A stretch of 64,000 bases of DNA from contig OZ024743.1 in assembly GCA_964016885.1 (NCBI GenBank), forward strand, positions 71,176,001-71,240,000, read 5' to 3'. Position 1 is the stretch's first letter, and every line of letters begins with the position of its first letter. The notes below the pieces were generated by a model. The model was given only the letters and a program-made list of their open reading frames with translations. It did not search any database and was not told the DNA's origin. The translations under genes and the position numbers were made by a program. This document shows, in pieces, positions 51,567 to 63,615 of this stretch. The DNA comes from Eledone cirrhosa. Its lineage: Eukaryota.

Positions 51567-51736
51567 ACACCCTCCAGTATTCCGATGATTTGATCAGAGA
51601 CACACACTGTATTTAAGGTCGAGTGACGCAATTTCGAGTGATTAGCGGCCTTTAGACTCACCTGATCAATGAAAGAATTAATATGGTAAATAAAACCCTT
51701 TTTGTACAGCCGACCATGTTATTCTTCACTCTTTCA

Positions 51737-51784
<48 letters not shown>

Positions 51785-52462
51785 ATTAATACAATAACAG
51801 AGATAGCTTAACGTTAAACTCCGACTGGTAACCATCTCACTCAACAAACATTAGGTTATATGTTAGTATAACCCAATTTAAGTGTTTGGGGTGCTAACTA
51901 TATGTATTTTGTGGAAAGCCAGTTGTATTATTTTATGAGATATAATTAAAGTTAAAATATATCTCTCTTTCCAAACAATTGTTTCATTATAAGTTTTCTA
52001 CAAGTTGGGAGAATGTTTCCAGTTTATGTAGAAGCCTAACATATATTCATGTAAGAATATATTTAGGTGGGCACTTATAAATCTTCAGTGGAAGCCCATT
52101 AAACTTTGAAATACGAAAAAATTCTTACCGCAGTTAAAAATCGTGTCCGCTAAGCTGCTCCTTCACGCATCGAATGACCGCCAAATTTGAAATTCCAGCA
52201 GTCTTTTGACTGAAGAAGTTTCATAGCGTCACGAAGCGGGAAAGGGAGACAACCACGACACGAGAAAAGAAAGAAATAATATACACTCGGGTTAATTAGT
52301 TTTTTCAAAAACATTATCAATCCAACGTGTTAAGAACTCAATTGAAATTAAAAAAATAAATGTATGCGTGTATTAATTACACACTCATATAGATATTTTA
52401 AAGATGAAATCGAAGATGCAACTGGAGTCTTATTTAAACAAAAAAATATATATTTATTTGGT

Positions 52463-52502
52463 TCCTTTACCGGTTTCGCAGTTCTTCTGCTTTTCAAAAG
52501 TA
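52463..52502 (-). ncRNA. Hammerhead ribozyme, U3-A8 variant (left arm)
   Basis: Reverse complement of 52811-52850. Confidence 0.65.
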
Positions 52503-52810
52503 GAGTTGAGATGGAGGGTCTGTGGTTTTTCTTACATCTGGTTGGTCTTTGAATGTTACTTGTTTTATATGGAAAAAAAGTGGCTCGAAACGCCAGGTTT
52601 TAAAAAAAATAACCTGAGCCCCCCCCCCCCCCCTTGTTTGAAGAACTTTGTACCGCGAACTGGCGCGAAATTTATTATACTTATTCACCAACCAATCAAA
52701 TTACTTCTCTAAAAACCTGGCGTTTCGAGCCACGTTTTTTCCATATAAAACATGTAACATTCAAAGACCAACCATATGTGAGAAAAACCACAGGCCCTCC
52801 ATCTCAACTC

Positions 52811-52850
52811 TACTTTTGAAAAGCAGAAGAACTGCGAAACCGGTAAAGGA
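52811..52850 (+). ncRNA. Hammerhead ribozyme, U3-A8 variant (right arm)
   Basis: CTT TTGAAAA GCAG AAGAA CTGC GAAA CCGG TA AAG. Confidence 0.68.
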
Positions 52851-52977
52851 ACCAAATAAATATATATATTTTTTTAAAAATAAGACTCCAGTTGCATTTT
52901 CGATTTCATCTTTTTTCTTTATACTTTCACTCGTGTAGGACACCTCGGTTATTTTTCATTTTGTAAAAAAACCTCAC

Positions 52978-53029
<52 letters not shown>

Positions 53030-53037
<8 letters not shown>

Positions 53038-53115
53038 AATGGCTTCTACAGGGCTAGAACTGTTTCATTTGGGAGAAATCGGGGCTTCCTGATGGTTTCT
53101 CCCGAACGAAATAGT
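53030..53115. mobile_element. pLTR remnant with inverted hammerhead halves
   Basis: GGCTTC CTGATGG TTTCTCCCGAAC GAAA on plus; complementary half on minus; family of 2485 and 9833. Confidence 0.55.
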
Positions 53116-53791
53116 ATATATATATATATATAATATAAAGTGTGGTGTGGCCATGTGTAGATATGGTATAAAATAGCTTATAAAATAGGGCGAAGACCCT
53201 TAAAGACGGAAGATGAATTTGACATTGAACCTCGTACCTCCCAGATACGGTACAAGTTAGGTGTTTTGAACTTTATATATATGGAATCTATCTAGCCAGA
53301 TAGCTCTTGTGTTAATCATTCTGCTACTGGATAAGACCAGTTGATTGGTTGCTAGCATGTATAACCAGGAACCAGCCACAAGAACTATGTTACCGATGAA
53401 ATAAGTGTAAAATAATCAACAAAGTAAAACAAGTGAAATATCGCAGATAAGGTAAACGGCGAAAGGAGGTAATCTTATGCCTGTGTAAGTTAGATGGTCA
53501 TTAATATATTATCTGCTGTTCCATAATTAATTACTTGTCACATCTTATCTTTCACGGTTTAAACCTATGTGAACAAATAAATGAACATTATTGACACTGA
53601 AAAAAATGATTATCGGATGCAAATATCAGAATTTTCATTTACAGAACTGCCAGATTAAGAATGTTTGGACGATCTACTCACACCCACATACGCCCAGAAA
53701 CAAACACTCCCCATCTACTCCAACTCCAATCTTATCTTGACATTAACCCAATCAACCAATCAATCAATCAATATATATATATATATATATA

Positions 53792-54007
53792 CAATCTGTT
53801 TGCTTTTTACGCGAACTTGAAGTATGCGAAATCGCTTTAACGCCTCGTGAAAAAATATTATTAAATATTCACTTTGCGCGAAGAACGTGCTATAACGCGT
53901 GTGGTTTTTTATTTTTTCATTTATGGGAAAATTAGACTTGAATTACGCGAATTTGCTTTACGCGTTGTCTTCACGAACGCATCTTCGCGTAAAAAGCGAA
54001 CAGACTG
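53792..54007. mobile_element. Tc1/mariner-pogo MITE with TA TSD
   Basis: ~24-bp TIR CA(A/G)TCTGTT(T/C)GCTTTTTACGCGAA flanked by TA. Confidence 0.88.
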
Positions 54008-54024
54008 TACAATATATATTCAAT

Positions 54025-54212
54025 AATATTTGTTTCTACTTTAGGCACAAGGCCAGCAATTACCCAGTGCATTACTGGTACTTTATTTTTTATCGACCCC
54101 GTAAGGATGAAAGGCAAAGTCAACCTCAGCGGGATTTGAACTCAGATCGTAAAGGGACGTAACTATGCTGGAAAGCATGGCGTCCGACCCTCTACCTATA
54201 CTGCCAATCCAT
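54025..54212 (-). mobile_element. Nin/Deu-domain SINE
   Basis: Near-identical to 62597-62780. Confidence 0.88.
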
Positions 54213-54368
54213 AATATTAAGGCTAAAACATGAGTCTTGTTACTCTGGAGTTTCGCCTGTTTATCATAGGGACACCAAACACTGCACACTGTGTGGTATG
54301 GCATGTAAGTCCTTCCTGATCTGATGAGCCATCTAAGGCGGCATCAGCCACAGAAACATCAATAACCG

Positions 54369-54400
<32 letters not shown>

Positions 54401-55855
54401 CTAAGGCGGGTAAAATTCCCGAGATCCATGGACGAGTTCTCTCCAGCGGTCTCTGTCCCTCATTATCGCTGCCATATCCTGCATCTCCAACAGACCAGTG
54501 TCTGTCCTTAGGGCATCAACATATGTTAACCTTGGTCTTCCTCTTCTAGTGTGTCCATGTAGGGGCTCCCAAAGGAGCACTGAGTGCAATGTCAACTCTG
54601 GATGTCGGTGAGCATGTCCAGCCAACCTCAGTCTCCTCTGTGTCACTTTTGAGCTGACTTTTGGGATGCTCCCATACAGCTCTGAGTTTTTCATCCTCAG
54701 TGTATACTGATTAATGTTCAGAGCCATCCTCAGCATTCTCGTGTAGCACCCATCCACCATCTGAGTGAGTCTCTTGGTCAGTGTCCAAGTCTCAGACCCA
54801 TACAGCAGCATAGACTCCACTACAGCAATGAAGAGGCGGACTTTCAGGTCTCTACGAAGGTCCGACCTCCACACCGATCTCAAGCTGTGACACGCCGCCC
54901 AGGCCTTGCTCTTCCTCCCAACCACATCATCTTCCGTATTCCCAATCTTTGCTCCCAAATACAGGAAGTCCTCAACCAATTCCAGCGGCTTCCCGCCTAC
55001 ATTAGTGATCCCCTCTGGCTTCTCAACATTCTCCACCAGATATTTTGTTTTAGTCTCATTCATTCTCAGCCCCACACTCATCGACACAGTCTCAACCTCC
55101 CGCATCAAATCCTCTGCCTCCTTCACTGTATTTGTCACCAAAACTATGTCGTCGGCAAATTCAGCATCCGATACCTTTTTCGCCCCAACTCTCCTGCTCT
55201 GAGCCGGTGCTACAGTAAAGCCAGTGTCCTGGTATTTCTCCAGTGCAAGGCGAATACAATAGTCCACTACGATGATAAAAAGGTAGGGAGCCAATGTATC
55301 TCCCTGGAGCACTCCAGCCAGTATCTCAAAGAACTCTGTCATCCCATCAGGTGTAATGACTTGGGTTTTGGTGTTGGTGTAGAGCAGTGATATCAGGTCC
55401 ACTATCATCTTGGGGATTCCATAAGCCTGTAAGATCTTCATCAGGCAGTAACGGTCCACAGAATCAAAGGCCTTCCTAAAGTCAATGAAAACCATGACCG
55501 CAGGAAGGCACTTTGCTCTAGCTCCCTCTAATATCCTCCTCAGCATCAGGATGTGACTGGTGGTTGATCTACCCTCTCTGAAGCCGTTCTGGTTGTCCCT
55601 GAGCTTCTTCTCCATCTCAGGCTGGATCCTGTTAAGAATCATCCTGTTGAGGGTCTTTGCCACAAGTGACGTCAGTGAGATCCCCCCGGTAGTTGTTGGT
55701 GTTAGAGAGATCTCCCTTCTTTGGCACTGGGACGATGTTACTGATCCTCCACTGATTCGGGGCAACTCCTTTCTCCAGTGCCCCGTTACAGAACCCCAGG
55801 ATGATATCATCAAAATCACACCTCTTCATCACCTCTGATGCCACTCCATCCTCTC
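54401..55855 (-). mobile_element. 5'-truncated RTE LINE with nearly intact RT
   Basis: QNGFREGRST, FIDFRKAFDSV, GVLQGDTLAPYLF, FADD, FLYLG, LLYGSETWTL, RRLRLAGH; one frameshift near 55685; flanked by (TA)n. Confidence 0.95.
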
Positions 55856-56109
55856 CATATATATATATATTTACATACATGCTTACGCACGTGCTCAAGT
55901 ATAGTTCTTTTTACAAAACGTTTTTTTTTCCATTTCAGGTTGACGCGCTCCATCATCCACTTTCCTAAAAGATAAATCATACACAAAACGCCAGCACCAA
56001 CAGTTTTGCAAGAGATGTCAACACGAATGGACTTGTTATTTTTATCTAAAGACATTTTTTTCCAATTCCAACCCACCCGTCCCCTCAATCAATCTTATTT
56101 CTCATTCTT

Positions 56110-56145
56110 TCTTCTGATGAAGGACTAGCGTCCGAAACGTTAAGA
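56110..56145 (+). ncRNA. Minimal hammerhead ribozyme
   Basis: TCTT CTGATGA A GGAC TAGC GTCC GAAA CG TT AAGA; typical PLE-type with ACGT stem III. Confidence 0.8.
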
Positions 56146-56460
56146 CCCTCTTCCTGCTTTATCAAGCGTTAACCTAATATATCCCTTCCATTTACTCTAC
56201 CGATTGTGTTGTTATTTCTGTTTACCTTTTACACACACACACAGCAAAGGTAAAATTATATAAAGAAAGTTCAAATGTATGTAGAGAATTATATACGATA
56301 GTATATAATTGTTTCTACTTTTGGCACAAGGCCAGCAATTATCCCAGTGCATTACTGGTACTTTCACAGATTAAAGTATTCATTCTAAGACTAACTGTAT
56401 ATTTATTATACATAAATATATTGTATGTAGGTCTAGATATATCTTTATTTCTTTATAAAA

Positions 56461-57500
56461 TACTAGCAGAAGAACCATCGATCGGGTGGTTTTCTGCTAG
56501 CTTGTGTAGTGTGCATATTTATATTATATGCAAATATATATGCATATAGATATATGTCAAATAACATCGTAATTGACAATATGCACAGAAATCGAAGAGA
56601 GAGACTGTGTGTTACACTGTCTTCTGTAATCAGTAAAGTAATCCATGATACATTTAAAAAAGACGATATTATATATAAACTGCATTACGGTGAAATGTAA
56701 TGAAACCTTATATAACGATGCAAATATATGGATGTTTCTATAAGCAATGTAATAAGTGTTATGATATAACGGACGCTAACCAGAAGTGTAGACATTTGAA
56801 CATTTTAAAAGAAGTGTATCTTAAAATAAGCAATCATTATATATAAGAATATTTGTTTAATCAAGAATAACGAAATTTAGTATATAAATTATGTAATATT
56901 CATTTATTATTTTTTCAAAGTAATCTAATTTATTTTACTAACGGGATAAAAAAATATATTCGTGATGTAGTCCTGCACTCCTCCCTTTATTATAGTTACT
57001 AGCAGAAAAACCACCATTCGGGTGGTTTTCTGCTAGCATGTGTAGTGTGTATATTGATATTATACGCATGTATATATGCATGTAGATATGATACATAAAA
57101 TAAAATCTTAATTGATAATATACACAGAAATTGAACGAAGACTGCGTTATACTGTCCTATGTAATCAGTAACGTAATCCATGATACATTAAAAAAAACGA
57201 TATTATATATAAACTGCATTAGGAGAAAATTAGTATGTTTATTTAAGCGATCGCCAGCGGAAGTGTTGACATCACACACTCTCTCTTTCTATTTATATGG
57301 TAGTTGAAGTGGCGACGATATACCGGAAGTGCAAATTTGAAAAGAAGTCAATTTTAAATTATTTATTTTTACGAAATTATTTTTAGATAAATTATGTAAT
57401 ATTCATTCATTATTTATTCAAAGTAATCCAACTTATTTTACAAACGGGATAAAAAAAAAACCGTACGCAATCCCGCAGACCTTCCTTTATTATAGTTTAG
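56461..57500 (+). mobile_element. Head-to-tail tandem pair of Helentron/DINE-like elements
   Basis: Two ~500-535-bp units starting CTAGCAGAA..TTCTGCTAG and ending CCTTTATTATAGT. Confidence 0.75.
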
Positions 57501-57794
57501 ATATACATATATGCGGCAAATTGTCAGTCGTCAGAAAGAATGCTTTGCAGTATTCGTTTCGGCTCTCTGAGTTCAAATCCCGCAGAGGTCAACTTTGCTT
57601 TTCATCCATTCGAGGTCGATAAAAAGTACCAATCAAGTACTGGCTGGGGTCGATTCTTCTTCTATCGCGATTCTTCAATTGTTGAACGTTTACTTTATAG
57701 AAGGAAGCGATTAGTTGTTACTCTCTCCTATATAAAGAGGAAAACAGCGGATCTAGATTTTAACTTCAACTTGAAGTGAATTAAAAAAGTAATA

Positions 57795-58438
57795 ATTATT
57801 GTTTCTACTTTAGGCACAAGGCAGCAATTATCACCAGTGTATTACTGGTACTTTATTTTATTGACCCTGTAAGGATAAAAGGCAAAGTTAACCTCGGCGG
57901 GATTTGAACTCAGATCATAAAGGGAAGTAATTCTATGCTTCAAAGCATGGCGTCCGACATTCTACTGATACTGCCAATCCACCTGTCTATCAAATGTCTA
58001 AAGTCTGTCACAAGCCAGAAGGCTCGACAGACCGGTGCTTATCCTTGTTTCGTGGCGTGAAGTGACTGAGAGAACATGACTGCTCCTGGAGAAGGCGCCA
58101 GTCCATCACAGGGTTAAACCCCCAACTATTGCTGTTACTCATTTTCAGTTGAGTATACTAGAATAACGTGAAATGAAGGGTTTTGCTCAATAACACACAC
58201 ACAACCCAGTCCAGGAATCGATTCCACGATATGATGATTGTAAGTCCAACACCCTTACCATTAGGCACTAGGCCACACGCCTCCATCTAATTACTGGGAA
58301 ACCTAAAGTAAGTTTCTAAAATATTTTATTTTTGAAGGGAGAAATATTTGTTTCTACTTTAGGCACAAGGCCAGAAATTACCCAGTTCATTACTGGTACT
58401 TTATTTTATCGACCCCGTAAGGATGAAAGGCAAAGTCT
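57795..58438 (-). mobile_element. SINE cluster: Nin SINE 57795-57982, CORE SINE 58005-58285, Nin fragment 58345-58438
   Basis: Homology to other copies in the window. Confidence 0.85.
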
Positions 58439-58484
58439 ACGATATAGATAGCTTCCTTAACTATCTTAAAAATAACATCAGTCA

Positions 58485-59462
58485 TTGGTAGTAGTAGTAG
58501 TGGTGGTAGTGGTGGCGGTGGTAATAGTGATGGCGGGGGTAGTGGTGGCGGTGGTAGTAGTGATGGCGGGGTTGTGGTGGTAGTGGTGGCGGTGGTAGTG
58601 ATGACGGTGATAGTAGTAGTGGTGATAGTAGTAGAGATGGCGGGGGGAGTAGTAGTCGTGGTGGTGGTAGTGGTAGTAGTGGTCATAATAGTAGTAGTGG
58701 TAGTGGTGGTGATAGTAGTTGTGATGGCGGGGGTAGTAGTAGTGGTGGTAGTAGTAGTAGTAGTGGTGGTGGTGATAGTAGTTGTGATGGTGGTGGTAGT
58801 AGTAGTGATAGTAGTTGTGATGGTGGTGGTAATGGTAGTAGTGGTGATAGTAGTTGTGATAGCGGTGGTGATTACTATCACCACCGCTATCACAACTACT
58901 ATCACCACTACTACCATTACCACCACCATAGTGATGGTGGTGGTTGTAGTAGTGGTGGTGGTGGTGGTCATAGTAGTAGTGGTGATAGTAGTAGTGGTGG
59001 CGGTAGTAGTAGTGATGGTGGTAGTAGTAGTAGTGGTGATAGTAGTAGTGATGGTAGTGGTAAGTGGTCATAGTAGTGGTGGTGGTGGTGGTGGTAGTGG
59101 TGGTGGTGGTGGTGGCGGTAGTAGTAGTAGTGGCGGTAGTAGTAGTAGTAGTAGTAGTGGTGGTTGTGGTGGTACTGGTAGTAGTAGTGATAGTAGCAGT
59201 GGTGGCGGTAGTAGTGGTGATAGTAGTAGTAATGGCGGTGGTAGTAGTAACAGTAGTAGTAGTAATAGTAGTGGTAGTTGTAGTACTACTACTTGTAGTA
59301 GTAATAGTAGGAGTAATAGTTGTAGTGGTAGTACTGACAGTAGTAGTCGTACAAGTAGTTGTAGTGGTAGTGGTAGTAGTAGTAGTCATAGGAGTAATAG
59401 TTGTAGGAGTAGTAACAGCAGTAATCGTACAAGTAGTGGCAGAAGTAGTCGTAGTAGTAGGA
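58485..59462. repeat. (TAG/TGG)n trinucleotide array with internal 53-bp fold-back
   Basis: Direct reading. Confidence 0.96.
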
Positions 59463-59924
59463 CAATACAAAGAAGGTAAGAAATAATAAAAAAAAAAAAG
59501 GCAAGATGGAAACTGGGAAATGTTTTTCTTATTTCAATTAAATAGTTTTAATTTATTATGTTAGTTGCTTCTATTTTGCTGACTTTCCTTTTCTCTTATC
59601 CAGTGTGGTCTCCTTGTAACATTGTTGGAGTGAAAAATAGGTCCGAGCTGAGAGAAAATCGATAGAAACCAACTGATAGACGAACAATTTAAGAATTTCT
59701 TGACATGGCTTTTTTGTCTTCTATATTATTGTTGAACAAATTACTTAATTTTGATTTCATTCTGTAAATTTCGTTCCCGTCTCTACTACACACTCATGTA
59801 GACGTCTCTAGAAGACATTTCTGTTGTACACAAATGGAGACGTTTCTGTGCTGGACTCAAGTAGACGTATTTTCAGACAACTGAAGTAGAATTTTCTGTT
59901 GCTGGCTGATAGCTTACTTACTGA

Positions 59925-61630
59925 TGGACACTATAGGGTCATTTTTGTTGTTCACTGGTGGCGTGTTTGCTGTAGGGGTCATTTTTGTTATTCACTGGTG
60001 GCGTGTTTGCTGTAGGGGTCATTTGTTGTTCACTGGTGGCGTGTTTACTGTAGGGATAATTTTTGTTGTTCACTGGTGGTGTGTTTACTGTAGGGGTCAT
60101 TTGTTGTTCACTGGTGGTGTGTTTACTGTAGGGGTCATTTGTTGTTCACTGGTGGTGTGTTTACTGTAGGGGTCATTTTTGTTGTTCACTGGTGGTGTGT
60201 TTACTGTAGGGGTCATTTGTTGTTCACTGGTGGTGTGTTTACTGTAGGGGTCATTTGTTGTTCACTGGTGGCGTGTTTACTGTAGGGGTCATTTTTGTTG
60301 TTCACTGGTGGTGTGTTTACTGTAGGGGTCATTTGTTGTTCACTGATGGTGTGTTTACTGTAGGGGTCATTTGTTGTTCACTGGTGGTGTGTTTACTGTA
60401 GCGGTCATTTGTTGTTCACTGATGGTGTGTTTACTGTAGGGGTCATTTGTTGTTCACTGATGGTGTGTTTACTGTAGGGGTCATTTGTTGTTCACTGGTG
60501 GTGTGTTTACTGTAGCGGTCATTTGTTGTTCACTGGTGGTGTGTTTATTGTAGGGGTCATTTGTTGTTCACTGGTGGCGTGTTTACTGTAGGGGTCATTT
60601 GTGTTCTTCACTGGTGGCGTGTTTATTGTAGGGGTCATTTGTTGTTAGCTGGTGGCGTGTTTACTGTAGCGGTCATTTGTTGTTCACTGGTGGTGTGTTT
60701 ATTGTAGGGGACATTTGTTGTTTACTGGTGGCGTGTTTACTGTAGGGGACATTTGTTGTTTACTGGTGGCGTATTTACTGTAGTGGACATTTGTTGTTTA
60801 CTGGTGGCGTGTTTACTGTAGGGGACATTTGTTGTTTACTGGTGGCGTGTTTACTGTAGGGGTCATTCGTGTTCTTCACTGGTGGCGTGTTTACTGTAGC
60901 GGTCATTTGTGTTGTTCACTGGTGGCGTGTTTACTGTAGGGGTCATTTATTTTGTTCACTGGTGGCGTGATTTCTAGTGTGAATTGTGGGGGATATTTCG
61001 GTTGTTCACTAATGGCTTGTTTACCGTCATATATGTTGCTGGATGATGATGTGTTTACTGACGTACACTATAGGGGTAATTTCTATTGTTCACTGATGGT
61101 ATATTTACTGTAGAGGTAATTTCTGTTGTTCACTAATGGTATGTTTACTGTAGGGGTCATTTATGTTGTTCACTGATGGCGTTTTGATACTGATTAGCGT
61201 GTTTACTGTAGGGGCTATATCATTTGTTCACTGATGATATGTTTACTGCAGGGTCATTTCTGTTGTTTACTAATGGTGTGTTTACTGTTGTACACTCTAG
61301 GGGACATTTCTATTGTTCACAAATGGCCTGTTTACTGTAGGGGACATTTGTATTGTTCACTGATGGTGTGTTTACTGACGAACACTAAAGGGTTCATTTC
61401 TGTTGATCGCTGATTTTGTGTTTACTGTAGGGGTCACTTCTGTTGCCCACTGAGGAGCTATTTACTGACGTGCACTATAGGGTCATTTGTTGCTCACTGA
61501 GGGGCTATTTACTGATGTGCACTGTAGGAGTCATTTATTGCCCACTCCGGGGTTATTTACTGACGTGCACTATAGGGGTCATTTATTGCCCACCCCGGGG
61601 TTATTTACTGACGTACACTATATGGGTCAT
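59925..61630. repeat. ~38-41-bp minisatellite (TTGTTGTTCACTGGTGGTGTGTTTACTGTAGGGGTCAT), roughly 40 copies
   Basis: Homogeneous to ~60970, then increasingly diverged; no spacers. Confidence 0.96.
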
Positions 61631-61739
61631 TTCTGATTTAGAGATAAATGAACGATCACAAGATAATTTCTAATAAACACTAACCTTGGATCTACATAGC
61701 GATTCCTGACCAAAGCATGTCAGCAGAATTAGGAGTTAT

Positions 61740-62325
61740 TTACGACACCACTCCAAGCTATTTACAACACCACTCCAAGCTATACACAACACCACTCCAA
61801 GCTATACACAACACCACTCCAAACTATTTACAACACCACTCCAAGCTATACACAGCAGTAACAACACTACACCAAGATTTTCACAACAGTAACAATACCG
61901 CCCCTAGCTATTAAAGCACTCCTAGCTATTCACAACAGTAACAACACAACTAGCTATTACAGCACTCTTACATACTCACAACAGTAACATTACAACTCCA
62001 AACTATTCACAACAGTAACAACACAACTAGCTATTACAGCACTCTTGCATACTCACAACAGTAACATTACAACTCCAAACTATTCACAACAGTAACAACA
62101 CAACTAGCTATTACAGCACTCTTACATACTCACAACAGTAACATTACAACTCCAAACTATTCACAACAGTAACAACACAACTAGCTATTACAGCACTGTT
62201 ACATACTCACAACAATAACAATACAACTCCAAACTATTCACAACAGTAACAACACAACTAGCTATTACAGCACTCTTACATACTCACAACAATAACAATA
62301 CAACTCCAAACTATTCACAACAGGA
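61740..62325. repeat. ~21-23-bp repeat followed by a 77-bp higher-order repeat (~5 copies)
   Basis: ACAACACCACTCCAAGCTAT units, then TATTCACAACAGTAACAACACAACTAGC.. with period 77. Confidence 0.9.
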
Positions 62326-62359
62326 ATAAAATAACAACAACATCAACATCAATAATGTT

Positions 62360-62780
62360 AATAATTGTTTCCACTTTTAGCACAAGACCAGTGCATTACT
62401 GGTACTTTATCGACCCCGTAAGGATGAAAGCCAAAATTAACCTCGGCGGGATTTGAACTCAGAATGGCAAGGGCCGTAACTTTTTGCGTCAAAGCATTAC
62501 GGCCCTTGCCATTCTGAGTTCAAATCCCGCTGAGGTTAACTTTGCCTTTCATCCTTACGGGGTCGATAAAATAAAGTACCAGTACAATAATATTAATAAT
62601 TGTTTCTACTTTAGGCACAAGGCTAGCAATTATCCAGTGCATTACTGGTACTTTATTTTATTGACCCCCGTAAGGATGAAAGGCAAAGTCAACCTCGGCG
62701 GGATTTGAACTCAGATCGTAAAGGGACGTAACTATGCTGGAAAGCATGGCGTCCGACCCTCCACCGATACTGCCAATCCA
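62360..62780. mobile_element. Three Nin SINE pieces including a head-to-head palindrome
   Basis: 62360-62480 (-), 62497-62585 (+), 62597-62780 (-). Confidence 0.88.
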
Positions 62781-63186
62781 GTTAATAATAGCTTGAAACA
62801 GATGAAGACTGACGGGGCGTGGGGAAGAGGAAAGTAAGTATAGGAAGAACCAGGAGAAGGAGAAGAGCAATTGACTGTAAATTTTACTGGATTCACTTTA
62901 ACGTGTGATAGCATAAATAAACGGTGGGATATGTAAATTATCTTTAAATATCAAATAAAGTTAACTGGAAAATATATTTAAAATATAATAAAAAACACAG
63001 CCCCTCCACCACATAAACTAAATTGAACGTAAAGATATAAATAATTAATTAAACAATTATATAATGAAATATATAGCTGATAATTAAACATAATGAATTA
63101 AATAAGGGGAATTTTAATAGGGTTCGAACAACAACAGCAACAACGATAAAACGACGACAACAGCAGCAATTAAAGTGACGACCCTG

Positions 63187-63615
63187 AACCACCACCACCA
63201 CTACCACCAACACCACTACCACCACCACTACCACCACAACCACTACCACCACTACCACCAACACCACTACCCCCCCCCAACCACTACCCCCCCTCCCTCC
63301 CCACCACCGCCACTACCACCACTACCACCGCCCCTACCACCACCACCACCAAAGCCACTATCCCCACCCCCCAACATCCCTACCACCACCACCACCATTA
63401 CCACCAACACCACCACTACCACCATCACTACTACTACCACCACCATCACTACTACTACTACCACCACCACAACCACCAACACCACTACTACCACCAACAC
63501 CACTAACACCAACACCACCACCAACACTACCACCACCAACACTACCACCACCACCACCACCAATACTACCACCAACACCACCACCACAACCACAACCACA
63601 ACCACCAACAACAAC
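63187..63615. repeat. (ACC/ACT)n trinucleotide array
   Basis: Direct reading. Confidence 0.96.

Larger units (their letters stand above)
50540..52390. repeat. Pair of diverged ~580-bp repeats in inverted orientation (50540-51125 / 51800-52390)
   Basis: Matching blocks AATTGAGTTCT, CCACTGAAGA..TATAAG..CCCAC and CCTAATGTTTGTTGAGTGAG. Confidence 0.75.
52400..52913. repeat. Inverted pLTR pair (~210-bp arms 52400-52611 / 52701-52913)
   Basis: Near-identical reverse-complement arms; ORF track shows mirrored peptides. Confidence 0.92.

Noticed and set aside
54318-54365. Hammerhead candidate CTGATGA GCC..GGC
   Set aside because: GAAA does not follow stem II and no stem III/NUH can be built
58390-59504. 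Mucin-like poly-Thr / poly-Val ORFs (also 63049-63720)
   Set aside because: Trinucleotide repeats open in several frames on both strands; no unique coding flanks
59925-61630. CRISPR-like regular repeat
   Set aside because: Contiguous units with no unique spacers, no cas genes, eukaryotic context
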